64,000 nucleotides of DNA from Paraspadella gotoi. Taxonomy: Eukaryota; Animalia; Chaetognatha. The notes beneath the pieces were generated by a model that saw only the letters and a program-made list of their open reading frames with translations, had not been told where the DNA came from and ran no database searches. The stretch is from NCBI GenBank assembly GCA_051294375.1, contig JBJCIZ010000239.1, forward strand, positions 1,568,581-1,632,580, in the 5' to 3' direction. Of this stretch, positions 24,671 through 40,817 are shown in pieces; position 1 is the first letter of the stretch, and every line of letters begins with the position of its first letter. Made by a program: the position numbers and the translations under genes.

Positions 24671-24929
24671 GGTAAGTTATGTCGTAATTGAAACGCGAAG
24701 AATTGAAATTCTGAAAACGCATTTGAGAAAAAAAAAATAATAAGAACTGGAAAAAAGATAAAACGTCATCGAAAAATAAAGATATAAAGATATTGCATCT
24801 TTGGAAGAATCAAAGAATCAAACGACGGCATAAAATCGATTTAGCACCGAGAAAAATAAGCAATGTTTTTTTTGTTTTTTTTGGCAACGCATTGTACAAT
24901 GTACAGTGGTAATTGTAGAGATGTAAAGG

Positions 24930-29022
<4,093 letters not shown>

Positions 29023-29880
29023 TGTGCGAAAGGACAAAGGCCATGACTGTAACGGTGAAATATAACAAGGTGAATTCGGTCGGGAACCACTAGTTGAATC
29101 TATTACTCTAGAAATAATAATAACAAAGAACCAACGAAGTAAGAATCGAGAAAGAAAGACGAACGATTCGAAGATGAGTGAATAACTTCATTTAGGTGCC
29201 ATTTCATTTATTTAATTTATGATCAAATCAAAATTTGGGGATTATTTAATTCGTGTCTAATATGATGATGTATAATGGTGGAATAAATCTAAATTAAATC
29301 GAATCGTTCATGAAATAACATTTGCACAGTAGTCCAATGTACATTCAGAAAATTCCCTGGCGGCGATGTTCTTGGTGAATGGGAGAAAAAGATTTACCGG
29401 TCAAAAACGACCCTAGATAGGAGAAATGTAATGACTAGTAACGATTTAACAACTCCCGAGCTATTTCAAAAATTAATTTAAATGGATCAACGAAGATCCG
29501 AAAATTGTATGTATATAATTCGCGCAGTGGAAAAAAATGAAATAAATGCATAAATTAGTTACATCGCCGAGGTCAAAGGCAAAAAGACACTTTAGCGACC
29601 GGTCTTAGTTTGTGCACGGTTAGCTTGAATTTAAAAAGAAAAAAACGAAAAAACAACATACTTCGTGAAAAATATAAAGTATTTTTCTAAAAATTTTACA
29701 ATTTAGAATTCAAGATTTTAATTTTAGAATATATTCCATTGAAGAGGGCACTTGTTAAATACGTAAAAATACAAGACAAACTAACCGCGTTGTCTGCCAA
29801 CAAAAAAACCCCCAACTCAATCGGTAAACAACAATCGATAAAATTCAATGTATAAAAGAAAGGTTTCCGCATTGATGCTA

Positions 29881-32800
29881 TTAGATTCCGTTAGAAGTAG
29901 CCGAATTTTCCGAATTAAGGGTAAGGTCGATGGCGCCGCATTCCACGTCGGCGCTGTCCGGAGTACGGCGCGGCGCCGACGCGGAGAGACTGAGAAGCGA
30001 CTCCACCATCTGACGTTCCTGAGTCGAAATGCTGCGCTTGTCGGTCAAGGCTGCCGCACCGACGGGCACTGCAGCCGCCGCTGCCGTCGAGCGGACGCTA
30101 AATCGGGAGGAGACCTCGAAAGGCGAAGATGAGGAACGAGGAGATGAAACTGGGAGCGGAAAAGAAGCGGACGGGGCCGCCATGAGACGACGCGCCGCGA
30201 CCTCGCCCGTCTTGGCGTCAGCGGGAAGGATTTTCCGCTTCCGCCGATTCGAGGATTTGATGGAGTCGGTCGTCGTCAACGCGGACTCGGCGCCGCGAAG
30301 AGAGAGAAGCGTCTCCACGACCTGATGCTCCGACGGCGTCATCCCGTCCTTGGAAGGCGTTGAAGTCTGAAACAACCCGTGGGCGGCCGACGACATCGTC
30401 GTCGGAGTACGCGGTTGCGAGGAAGGCGAGGGATAATCTTCCGTTCGTCCCGACGCGGGCTGCGGAAGGCTCAAGCTCCGATTGAAGAGCAACGTCCTCA
30501 GGCGCTTCTTCGCCGGCGTCATGGAGGAGAAATGATGATGCGAGGTCGGGGAAGGCGACGAGGATTCCAGTTTGACGGACGACGAGAGACTTCCGGAAAT
30601 GGAGAGCGGCGTCGGTAGAGAGGCGGGAGGCTTCGGGATGACGAGACGCTGGAGAAGCTCTCGACGAATCACGGAGGAACTGGGAGGAAACTGAGCGATG
30701 GAGACGGAAAGGTCTTGTCTTGTCTTGTCTTCTATCTTGATATCGACGCTAATGGAGTCGAGAGGCGCGACGACGGCGTCGTCGTCGGCCACGCAAATCT
30801 CACTCAGGTCGATCTTGTCGATGATGGAATCGTAGTGACCCACGTAGCCCGGGCGAGGGGCGGCGCTGCCCCGGCCCCGTACGCCGTCAGCCTTCTCCAG
30901 CTTCTCCCAGAGATCTCCCAACGCCTCGTCGATGGGGCGAAAGTCGTTCTCCCCGATGTAGAGCCGGATTAACGGGAGTTGTCGAGTCGTTTTGACGAGG
31001 AACTTGAGGCGGGCGAGGAGAGATTGCTTCCGGAGGTGATCCTTGGACCAGATGATGTTCAGGATTACCGGACCGGCCGATCCGGGCTGTTTCCAAGTGA
31101 CGACGACCGAGCCGAATTCCGACCCTGAAAAAAAGATGAATATTGGAATTTTGCATTAGAGGGCTTTTCGGGAAAGAATAAGTTCTTTCATCTCTCTTTT
31201 ATGAAATTGGTACAACCAATATAAAATTTATCCATTCATTTAATAAATAAGCTATCTTGCCCCTGACTTTGGACAGGCTTTGGCGTTTAAGGCCTCCATC
31301 ACTCTTACAAGATAATGACATAGCAGGTCTCTGCAAGCTTTCAATCAAGACTTTCTCACAGTCTCGTTTATTCACTCCCAGAGTACCTGGCTTCCCTATC
31401 AATGAAGTGGAAAATATTTCAAAGAATGTTTCAATTGTATGAAAAGACCACTCCCTTAAGTATTAGATCGGGATACTTATTGTACTCCGCACTAGCATCA
31501 AAATACAAGGAGCTGATTTTTATGAAATTGGTACAACCAATATAAAATTTATCCATTCATTTAATAAATAAGCTATCTTGCCCTGACTTTGGACAGGCTT
31601 TGGTGGTTTAAGGCCTCCATCACTCTTACAAGATAATGACATAGGCAGGTCTCTGCAAGCTTTCAATCAAGACTTTCTCATAGTCTCGTTTATTCACTCC
31701 CAGAGTACCTGGCTTCCCTATCAATGAAGTGGAAAATATTTCAAAGAATGTTTCAATTGTATGAAAAGACCACTCCCTTAAGTATTAGATCGGGGAATAC
31801 TTATTGTACTCCGCACTAGCATCAAAATACAAGGAGCTGAATTTTATGAAATTGGTACAACCAATATAAAATTTATCCATTCATTTAATAAATAAGCTAT
31901 CTTGCCCCTGACTTTGGACAGGCTTTGGTGGTTTAAGGCCTCCATCACTCTTACAAGATAATGACATAGCAGGTCTCTGCAAGCTTTCAATCAAGACTTT
32001 CTCATAGTCTCGTTTATTACTCCCAGAGTACCTGGCTTCCCTATCAATGAAGTGGAAAATATTCAAAGAATGTTTCAATTGTATGAAAAGACCACTCCCT
32101 TAAGTATTAGATCGGGGAATACTTATTGTACTCCGCACTAGGCATCAAAATACAAGGAGCTGAATTTTATATATTTTTTTGTGTAGTTTTCTTTTTTAGG
32201 AGAGGGTTTATCTACATTATTTTCACGATAACCTGTATTCAAAAATGATCTTCTTTAAAAACTTATATTGTAAGAGATGATTATTTAATATAATATTAAA
32301 TGAGATTGAATTTCTCAATCTCATTTACATATTGTAGTATTAAATCTAAATGTGTCTATTTTCATTGTGGATTTCAATATTAGTTCTGTTTTACGGTTTT
32401 TCAGTAGCTAAATATAGTCTTTAGCAATGTTAATGATTAACATGAGTTATAGTAATACTTTAACTAATTAATTAATTAATAATAATAATTTGGCACTCTT
32501 TTACTTAAAGAGTTAACTTGCTCATGTTTCCTTTATTTGTTCAGAAGTTTAACCATTATTCAGCTTTGTTGAGAGTACATTTCTCCTTACCAGAGCTTTA
32601 TCAACATAAGGTTATCATTCTAAACAGTTAATCACTAATAGTGCTAATGCTAAATTGTGTTCAATAAGGTTTAAGCATAACATAATAGAGATCTATAAAT
32701 AGTGTTTGTTTCCATTTCTCTACTTCAGGCAAAGCTAACTTGCCGATGTCAAGATTATTTAAAGTTAGATACTGATGAAATGCGCATTCCTAGTTAAACT

Positions 32801-35800
32801 GTTTACACTGAACATATGAGAATATACTTTATTACCTCAGGCGAATATGCCCTTCTATAATATTAATAAAGCAATTTAGGCTTACAATTATTCTTCCATG
32901 CCCGAACCTGAGAACCGAATGAGAAACGTCCCGAGCGGAACCCCCTCGGGCAGCAGGAGCCTCTGAGCATCAAGACGGGAGATGAAGCCAAAGACGAGCC
33001 CTTGACGCCAGAGTTGGCGCAACTCGGGTTCGCCCAGCGGCGACATCATGTTGAAGGAAGAGGTGACGACCTTCTGAGTGTGGTGGTCGTGAGACCCAGG
33101 CGCCGCCACTTCCTGGTTCAACAACTGCAAGATGCCGAAGAACCACTTCCAAATGCTGCCGGAACTGGGGAAAGAAGAGATGATTATTATCTTTGGGCCA
33201 GAGATAATTAGATATTGTGGACGCAATATATTATTTTTATGCGTGAAGACGCTTGACGGTATCTGTCTATTTGTTTCACATGAAAAAAAATTAGGCTTAA
33301 ACAAAAAAGTTGAAGGGAAAAAGGTTTTGATGTCTAAATCAGAGCTCGAATTAGAAAAGAAGCTTGGTGAACTGGGAAAGGGAGTAAGAAAATGAGTAAA
33401 AAGGAGTGAGGAGAAAACGAAGACAACATTGGTTTGCGCTTTATGTAAACAAAAAAAAAAAAAAAACAGAAGTCGAAACGACGCGAGTAAACATTGGATT
33501 CAGCCTTCTTATTTTTATTCGTGACCGGCTGTAGTATATTTTCGGATACCCGTCTAGATTTACTAAATCATTATCAAAGTAGCATGAGAAATATCGACGT
33601 GTGGTGACTTATTAAATATTAAATATTTATTTCACACAAAAACAACAAAGCGACCATACTTCAAAAAAAAAAAAAAAAAAAAAAAATCCTTACCCCAATG
33701 CGGCGGACTTGGGATGCCTCGTGATGAGGCGATCGTAGGCCAACACCGGCCCTTCGGTCTCCGTCTCCTGCTTGAGCAGCGCGGCAAAGTAGGATTCCGT
33801 GTCGGGACGGTCGAAGAGCCACCGGCCCGAGCGGGACTCGAAGAAGAGGGAGAGGAACTCGAACCCGCGTTTCCATTCCACGTGGGCCGGAACGTGGAAA
33901 GGCACGCGGCCGGGCTCTTGAAAGGCACGGTCCCAAAAGATGGGCGCCCAAGACTCGGGCTCTTGGTTCGTGTGGGTGGTGATGACGAATGGTTGGGAGG
34001 TGAGGTAAACTGCGGGGACGAAGTCGGAGGGAAGGTGAAGCTTGAAGCCGTCCGCCTGAGGAAGGAAAGGTCGGGAGGGTAAGCTCGGAAAAAGGCGAGA
34101 AGCAGTCTCTACAATTACCTTAAAAAGCAAGCAATACTTCCGACACGGCGCCCCCTGCGCCTTGGACCGATCCACGTGGCTCTTCTCGATGAGGAGTTTG
34201 GAGAGTTCGACGCCGTAGCGCTGCACTGGGGACGCCAGCAGCGGTGCGGGGGCGCCGCCTGGGGACGGAGACGACGGGGCCGGGCCGACGAGGGGCACGA
34301 AGCTCTGGCTCCGCATGACCATCTTGCATTCGGCAGGGATTATCTTGGTGCGGTGAAAACTTGCCGCGTCTTCTTCTGTCAATAGGTAGGCGACCATTTG
34401 CGGGTTGGAGCCTGAAGGGAAGAAGATCATTGTGAACAACATATTTAAAGTTAAAGGCAAATAAATCCCTTGGTTTGATATCAATATTTTCAAACAAAAA
34501 GTTTTAATCTCATTAGAAATGATTCACAAATTAATCTGCTCCAGTGAGTTCGTCAATTTCATTTGCATATTGTCGTGTTTTTATTAATTTTCCATAAATT
34601 TTCATTCTGTTGCCCTGAAGGTAAGGCAAATGATCAATGATCATGTTTGTTAAAGTTATATTTATGCTATATCAACAGAACCCAAAATCCTAACCCGGCG
34701 GAAGATGAGCGGGATTGAGCAAGAGTCGAACCCTGACCGTCGTTCGCCTCTCCTTCTTGACCAAAGGCCCCGGTTGGTTCTCGATGACGAGGCATCGCTC
34801 CATCATCCGCTTCTGCACGGCCATCGCCGTCCGCATCACGGAGACGGGCGTCGAAGGCGCGGTCCGATCCGAGAAGAGATCGGCGGCGAGAGCTTCGGCG
34901 GCGGCGGCGGCGGTGGACGAGACGTTGGAGAGAAGTTGTTTCGACTTTTTTAAAGTATCTTCAACACAATCGAGCAGCGTCGTTACTCGCGGCAGCCGCA
35001 CCGTCACCTGCGACCAGAGCATCGCGTAGAGCAGCTGCAAATTGATGAGGTCTTCTTGCAGCTCATTGGTCGTCAGCTCGATCGGTTCCTCGGAACCTGA
35101 TTGCCGGCGGGGAAGGAAAATGAATCGATAAAGTTAGAAAATCTTCGCGAAATTCAGGAAATTTAAATTTAACGAGTAACAAATTTTAAATTGACTAATT
35201 TATTATATCCTCCAGCTATGACTAACCCGATTTAGAAGGGACGTAAAAGACTTCCCAACATTGTTTCCGCTTCCACCGATCCAGCTGCGTCTGCGTGACG
35301 AAGCGCTCGACGCTGAGCAGCAGCGGGACGAGTTCTGATTTGACGTTGCCGTCGATCGAGCTCCACGCCGCGACTAGGCTGACGAACTGGCCGCAAGGAT
35401 CTTCCTCATTTGGTCCCTGTTGTTGTTGTTGAGGGTTAGGTTGAGATGTTTCGTCGTTTTTGTTCTTCACTGAGCTAGAGTTGTTGTTGTTGCCGGGTCC
35501 TCGTTTGTTCCCGCGCCCGTTTTTCTTCGTCTTCTTCGCCCCGACGGGTCGGGCCCGTTGGTAAGTTCGAAGGACCGTCGGTTCGTCGGATTCGGCTGGG
35601 GAGTCGACGGGGTCATCATCTTCTTCCTTCGCTTCTTCAGAAGATGAAAGATCCCTTCCGTCGAGAGGTTCGGCGACGGCGGCGACATGGTCGACGGCCT
35701 CGAGAGGCGGCCTTTGCAACTTGGCGACGAAACCCTCGACGAGCGAACTGAGCGCCTTCAAGTCGTTAACGGTTCTCGTGATGCAGGCGGCGAGATGCGC

Positions 35801-35851
35801 GACGAGGTCCTCCTTTAATTCAGTAGCGGCGCCGTTGAGAGAGATATTCAT
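29881..35851 (-). CDS. STAT: Divergent STAT transcription factor
   Basis: Coiled coil LDRWKRKQ; DNA-binding domain CLVIENQP...VRVRLLL; SQPFVITTHTNQEPESWAPIFWDRAF; SH2 FGFISR...GTFLIRFSGSEFG; phosphotyrosine motif PGYV; long Ser-rich tail. About six exons. Confidence 0.9.
31197..32169. repeat. Repeat family A, three near-identical tandem units of ~322 bp in a STAT intron
   Basis: Units begin ATGAAATTGGTACAACC at 31201, 31522 and 31846. Confidence 0.95.
32269..32401. mobile_element. Repeat family B, partial copy in a STAT intron
   Basis: Collinear with 7146-7270 over ~125 bp. Confidence 0.7.
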
Positions 35852-36149
35852 GGTGAGTGAGAATCGATGTGGGCGGATTCATGGTGTCCTCGATCGAGGC
35901 GCTTGAGAGACCCGTCTTTCTTTTTCGAGAGGGCGGAGGGGGAAAGTGTAAAAATACATTTCCTAATAAGGCATCGAAACAATGTAGGGAAGATAAGAAA
36001 CGGAAGAAACGGAAGAAACAAAAACGAATTTTATGTTATGAGAAAAAAAAAAAACAACAAACAAACAACGATAACGAACCAAAAATTCAAAAAAGCGAGA
36101 AACGAGAACAAAGCGAAAATGTTTTTTTTTTGTTTTTTTTTTTAAGTTA

Positions 36150-38779
36150 TCACTGCGTCTGACACTGTTCCGCGCCCAACTTCTCCAAGAACGAATTGTC
36201 CTCGATGAATCTGGAGACGACTCCCTCGGCTTCGTGCCTCGCCCGCTCCGCCTTGGCCTCCGCTCGCAGCTCCGCCTTCTCTTCGTCAGTTAGACTCACG
36301 TCCTTCGACTTGAACTGAGCGTGGGCGCACTCGGGACAGATGCCGTCGCAGGTGCGAGAGGCGCGGCCGACGCGGGGACGACGACGACGACGGGAAAAGT
36401 GAAGGTGGCATCGGGCGCAATGGGTGAGGGAAGATTCGTTGCTGCACCTGAGGTAAGTTTAATTTCGTTAAAAGCAATAGATTTAAATGTTTTTTTTTTT
36501 TTTTTTTTATAGACTTACCAGCCGAATCCAGGGCACGAGGTGCAGTGACGTCGGCTGCTTTTAAAGTCGACGAATTTCGGACGACCTTTGCAGGCGTTTA
36601 TTAGGTAGTTGGGTCGTCTGGAAGGAAATATTTGGACAGTTGACAGTGTTGTCAGTTGTCATCTAAAACTACACCATGGAGCGCAATAAATCGATAAATC
36701 TTAATCTATTTTTCTAACGATTAATAATATAAACTTACAAACAATTCTTCATTTTGCAGACGACGGGATAAATGTCGGCGTCGGCGTTGGGCAACAACTC
36801 GTCGTAGTCGAGAAAGAGGCAGCGACCCCAAGTGATCGACAACGGATAGGAACAGACGAAACAAGTCCCAGTGAAAGCAACGCAATTTTGTAGTTCTTTT
36901 CCGAGGCTTAACTGTAAAAAGAAAATGGGCGGAATTGCGCTTTAGAGATACGTACTTGATAAATTTTAAGAAATTGGTACAACCAATATAAAAATTATCC
37001 ATTCATTTAATAAATAAGCTATCTTACCCCTGACTTTGGACAGGCTTTGGTGGTTTAAGGCCTCCATCACTCTTACAAGATAATGACATAGCAGGTCCCT
37101 GCAAGCTTTCAATCAAGACTCTCTCACAGTCTCGTTTATTCACTCCCAGAGTACCTGGCTTCCCTATCAATGAAGTGGTATAATATTTCAAAGAATGTTA
37201 ACAAGTTTATAAAAACCTTCTTGACGTGATCCTCGATGGGCGCGTCCTTGGACAGAATAACGACGTCCCCGCGTTTGAAGATCTTCTTGCGCATCTTTCG
37301 CGCGCGTTTCGTCGGGAGTCGAGGAAACTGGACGAGACGAAACTGGATGGCGGCCAAGACGCAGGGGTTCAATTGATCGGGGCCGCAGAGGCGAAGCTCG
37401 AAGGGATCGAGGTGGCGATCGTCAACGAGGGAGTTGACGAAATCGCAGACTTGTGCCTCGCTGAGAGAACACTTGGAACAGGTCGTTTCTGAAGGGCGGA
37501 GGGGAAGAGGAATGTTTTTATATTGCCACCATTGACCAAAAAAAACAACCGAGTAGACTCACTCGCCAACTGGCCCGGCTCAGCGGCCTGGTCGACCACC
37601 GCGTAAAAGTGTTGACCGCAGACGGAGCAGTGACGGAAGTCCGAGTCGTCGACGCAGCAACCGAGATTCGGGCAATCGACGCAGTGGTGGTGGTCGGCGC
37701 TGACAAGACGGGGATGACCCGTGCACATGTTGGTCACGTATAACGCGGCGCCGCATTCCGGGGAGTCGCAGATTACGGAGGCGCCGGGAGGGTCCAAGGA
37801 AAGATCGTTGGATCGAGCGCCAAATCGACGATTTGATCCGGAGAAATCGCTTTGCCGCAAAACGTCGAGCAGCTGTTGAAGAAAATTCGTTTTATAATAA
37901 ATATAATAAATATAATAAAAATAATAATAATAATAATGTGACATTTTTAAAGTGACAAAAACACCTCACCCTCACTCTGATAAAGTTGCGGCAGTGATTG
38001 GCGACGCATCTTCCGCCGCAAACGACAGCGAGGAGAGACTCGACTCCCTTGAGGACCACGAATCCGTTGAGGACGGCCTTCTTGAGGCAAGCGCTCACTT
38101 CCTCTGGATGCTTGACACCCATTTGGACGAGACGGTCGTCGACATTGGCCGCTGATCGGATCGGAGGCAAGTCGCCGAAGGAGACTCTCGGTTTGTACAG
38201 AATTGTGGGCAGGTTTTTCTTCGAGTCGACTGCTTCGTCGGTCTTCTTTAAAGGTTCTTGTATAATATCCTCGTTCTTTTTTGCGATTATCGCGCCATTA
38301 CATTTTTCATCCGATCCATGAAATATCGTCGGTTGATCTGGATAAACGATTTCTGTATCGGCGTAGGTCGGCAGTGGGGAGACAGCCTCGTCTTCGGATG
38401 AAGAGAGAAATTCCTTCTCTTCATCCGAATCTAAATCGAAGATAGTTTTTTCTCGGTCGTCGTCGTCAACGTCGTCGTCCTCCCGCGAGGGCAAAGATCG
38501 GATCTCGAGTCCTTCTTCGGAGAAGAGGTCGACGACATCGAAGCCATAATCGCTGAGGCAGTGGAAAGAGAACTCGTCATCCTCGCCACGCCGTTCCTTC
38601 ATCTGCTCGGCCAAGAGTTCCAGCATCTCGGGATCCTCGGCCCAAGAGGTCTTTGCTGGGGGCGAAGGAGCCAGGCCCTCTGGCTCCTCTTGGATGCTGG
38701 GGCTTTCGAGGACCGCGGAGCGAACGCGACCGATCGGGCACGAGGCATAGCGAGCGTGTTTCCAAGGTCGGCGAGGCAT
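36150..38779 (-). CDS. Uncharacterised protein with two tandem Cys/His-rich domains
   Basis: Six exons splice in frame. Copy 1: YVTNMCTGHP...HHCVDCPNLGCC...HCSVCGQHF. Copy 2: YLINACKGRP...HCTSCPGFGWC...HCARCHLHF. Acidic N-terminus; stop at 36150-36152. Confidence 0.78.
36968..37198. repeat. Repeat family A, single copy filling most of a ~305-nt intron
   Basis: Nearly identical to the first ~230 bp of the 31197 unit. Intron ~36912-37216. Confidence 0.92.
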
Positions 38780-39268
38780 GTTCCGGTCGAGTCGGACATG
38801 TTAAGAGGAAAGAAACTCTGGAAAAAATGGCAGATATGTACTTAAATCCAAGATTCTCTACGTTTAGAGTCAGCAACAACATAATAATACTTGCTGTGAT
38901 TTTGTACAAAAAAATTCAAGGGTACATATAATACGAGAACTTGTTTAAATAAGCAAAAATTTCATTGATAGGAGGAGAAAAAACTGGACGTATTAAAGAA
39001 TAAACTAAAAAGGTAAAAATATTTAACTAATAAAAAATGTAGGACGTAAGGACACTTGCCGCATGCTATATCCCTTAGCACATTTAGCACTTTTAATGTA
39101 TTAGGATGACGATTAAAGATGGCCCAGGACGCCAAAATAAAAGTTATAAAAAAGCTAAAACATTCTCTAATAGGTTTTTTTTTTTCAACTTGAGCGAGAG
39201 AGGTAAGGCACGATAGTTCACCACGAGTGAAAGACGGGGGGAAAAAGCGGGCGAGCATAAAGACTAAT

Positions 39269-40774
39269 TCACAGCGTGGAGTATCGAGATGGAGTTGCTT
39301 TCATTTTCTGATCGTTGGAGAGACTTCTTCCCTGGAGATCGGGTTCATCGACGACGCGTTGGAAGACCAAGGCCTCTTCCTCCCCCGGTTCGATGTGGAG
39401 ACCGGGGAAGAAGTAAAAGTCCTTCATCAGGTGATTCACCGGCGCCGGCATCTGCTTGAAGGGACGCTCGAGATCGCTCGTCGAACACGTCGCCACCTTG
39501 AAGATAAATAATACAATTCAATTAATTTATAATTCAATAAATGCTATTAGTTAATAGTTATTCAGTTATTTACACAAATTATTCGAAAGTTATTCAAAGG
39601 TGGAGAAGGTGGGTAAGAGACCGACCTTTCGGTTGACCATCGTTAGTAAAGCGTGAATGTCCTTTTCGTGTGCGTGTTGAGAGAAGACGTCTACCATCGC
39701 TTGAACGTACCAAGAGCCAACGGCTTCGTGTCGGAAAGAAACATGGCCTGTGATCGATTCGTGAATAAATTTATCTGTATTGTTTTTTTTCCCCCTTTTA
39801 TAAAAATCCTAAGCACATTCCAATGTTTCCTCACCAGGTATGGTCGAGTAAGAGACGAGCATGTCAGAGTTCTTGGGGATTGTGCGGCGCACCCTCGGAA
39901 CGTCATCGTCCATCGGTTCGTCGAAGGAACCCTCGGAGACGAAGCTCCACGACGTCGTCGGTGGATCAGGTTGGTCTACGTCTCTGAGATAACAATTTGG
40001 ATTTAACTATTAATTTAATACTACGTACATTGGTCTCCCACAACCCCGCTGCTCCACACCTAATCGCGTCGTCGCGCTCAAGAGAAGATAAAGCGTCGCT
40101 ACGATCCGGCGCCAACCCGGAAAAGTTAAACCGGCGCGGACCGACGCCGCCCGACGCCGTCCTCGAGAAGTTGGTCTCCTCGAAGGCGCGGCCCGGCGTT
40201 AAACTACGGCGGCGCTCGCTGGTGTGACTCGCGTGACGCGACCGACCCGATTCCGACTCGGAGATTCGCGGGACTTCGCAGCCGGGCTAAAGGAAATGGG
40301 TAAGAGGGTAAAGGATAGGTATTTAGGTAAGTTATTTCCGTGCTGACACATTCAGCAGCAGCAGCAGCAACGCCTGGAACTCACGTTTCTCAACCTGCCC
40401 CTGCAGGCCTGGATGAAGAAGAGCTTTGGCTTCTTGATGAGAAGAGGGCAGAGTTCTCCGTCCATCATATCCAGGATGGTCTGGCATTTGACCACGAGTC
40501 CGTCCGTCCCGTACACGCCCGACTCTTGTCCGTGCGAGAGGACGACCACGATCGCCGAGTGGGCAAACTGAAGAGGGAAAAAAAAGAGGAAATTTTCGAG
40601 CTGGTCAATATGTCAATATGTCAATATGTCTATTATGTCTGTTCGTTCGTCGCTTACTTCATGATCTGGGTGATTAGCGAAACTCTGGAGAGCGTTCTCC
40701 AAGGCCTCCGCGTCTAAATCTTTTTCCACGATGACTTTGTAGCCGATTCGTTCAAACAGCCAACTGTGTGTGTT

Positions 40775-40817
<43 letters not shown>

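Noticed and set aside
29881-30921. 346-aa Ser-rich ORF as a separate gene
   Set aside because: It is continuous with the last STAT exon (end of SH2 and the pTyr motif) from the acceptor at 31125.
31197-32169. Family A as a hammerhead retrozyme, SL RNA array or CRISPR array
   Set aside because: No CTGAnGA...GAAA core on either strand. The GGTAAG donor-like site is GGCAAG in the tandem copies and there is no canonical Sm site. There is no repeat-spacer structure.
32770-32800. CTGATGA followed by a short palindrome (hammerhead-like)
   Set aside because: No GAAA after the hairpin and no supporting stems I or III.
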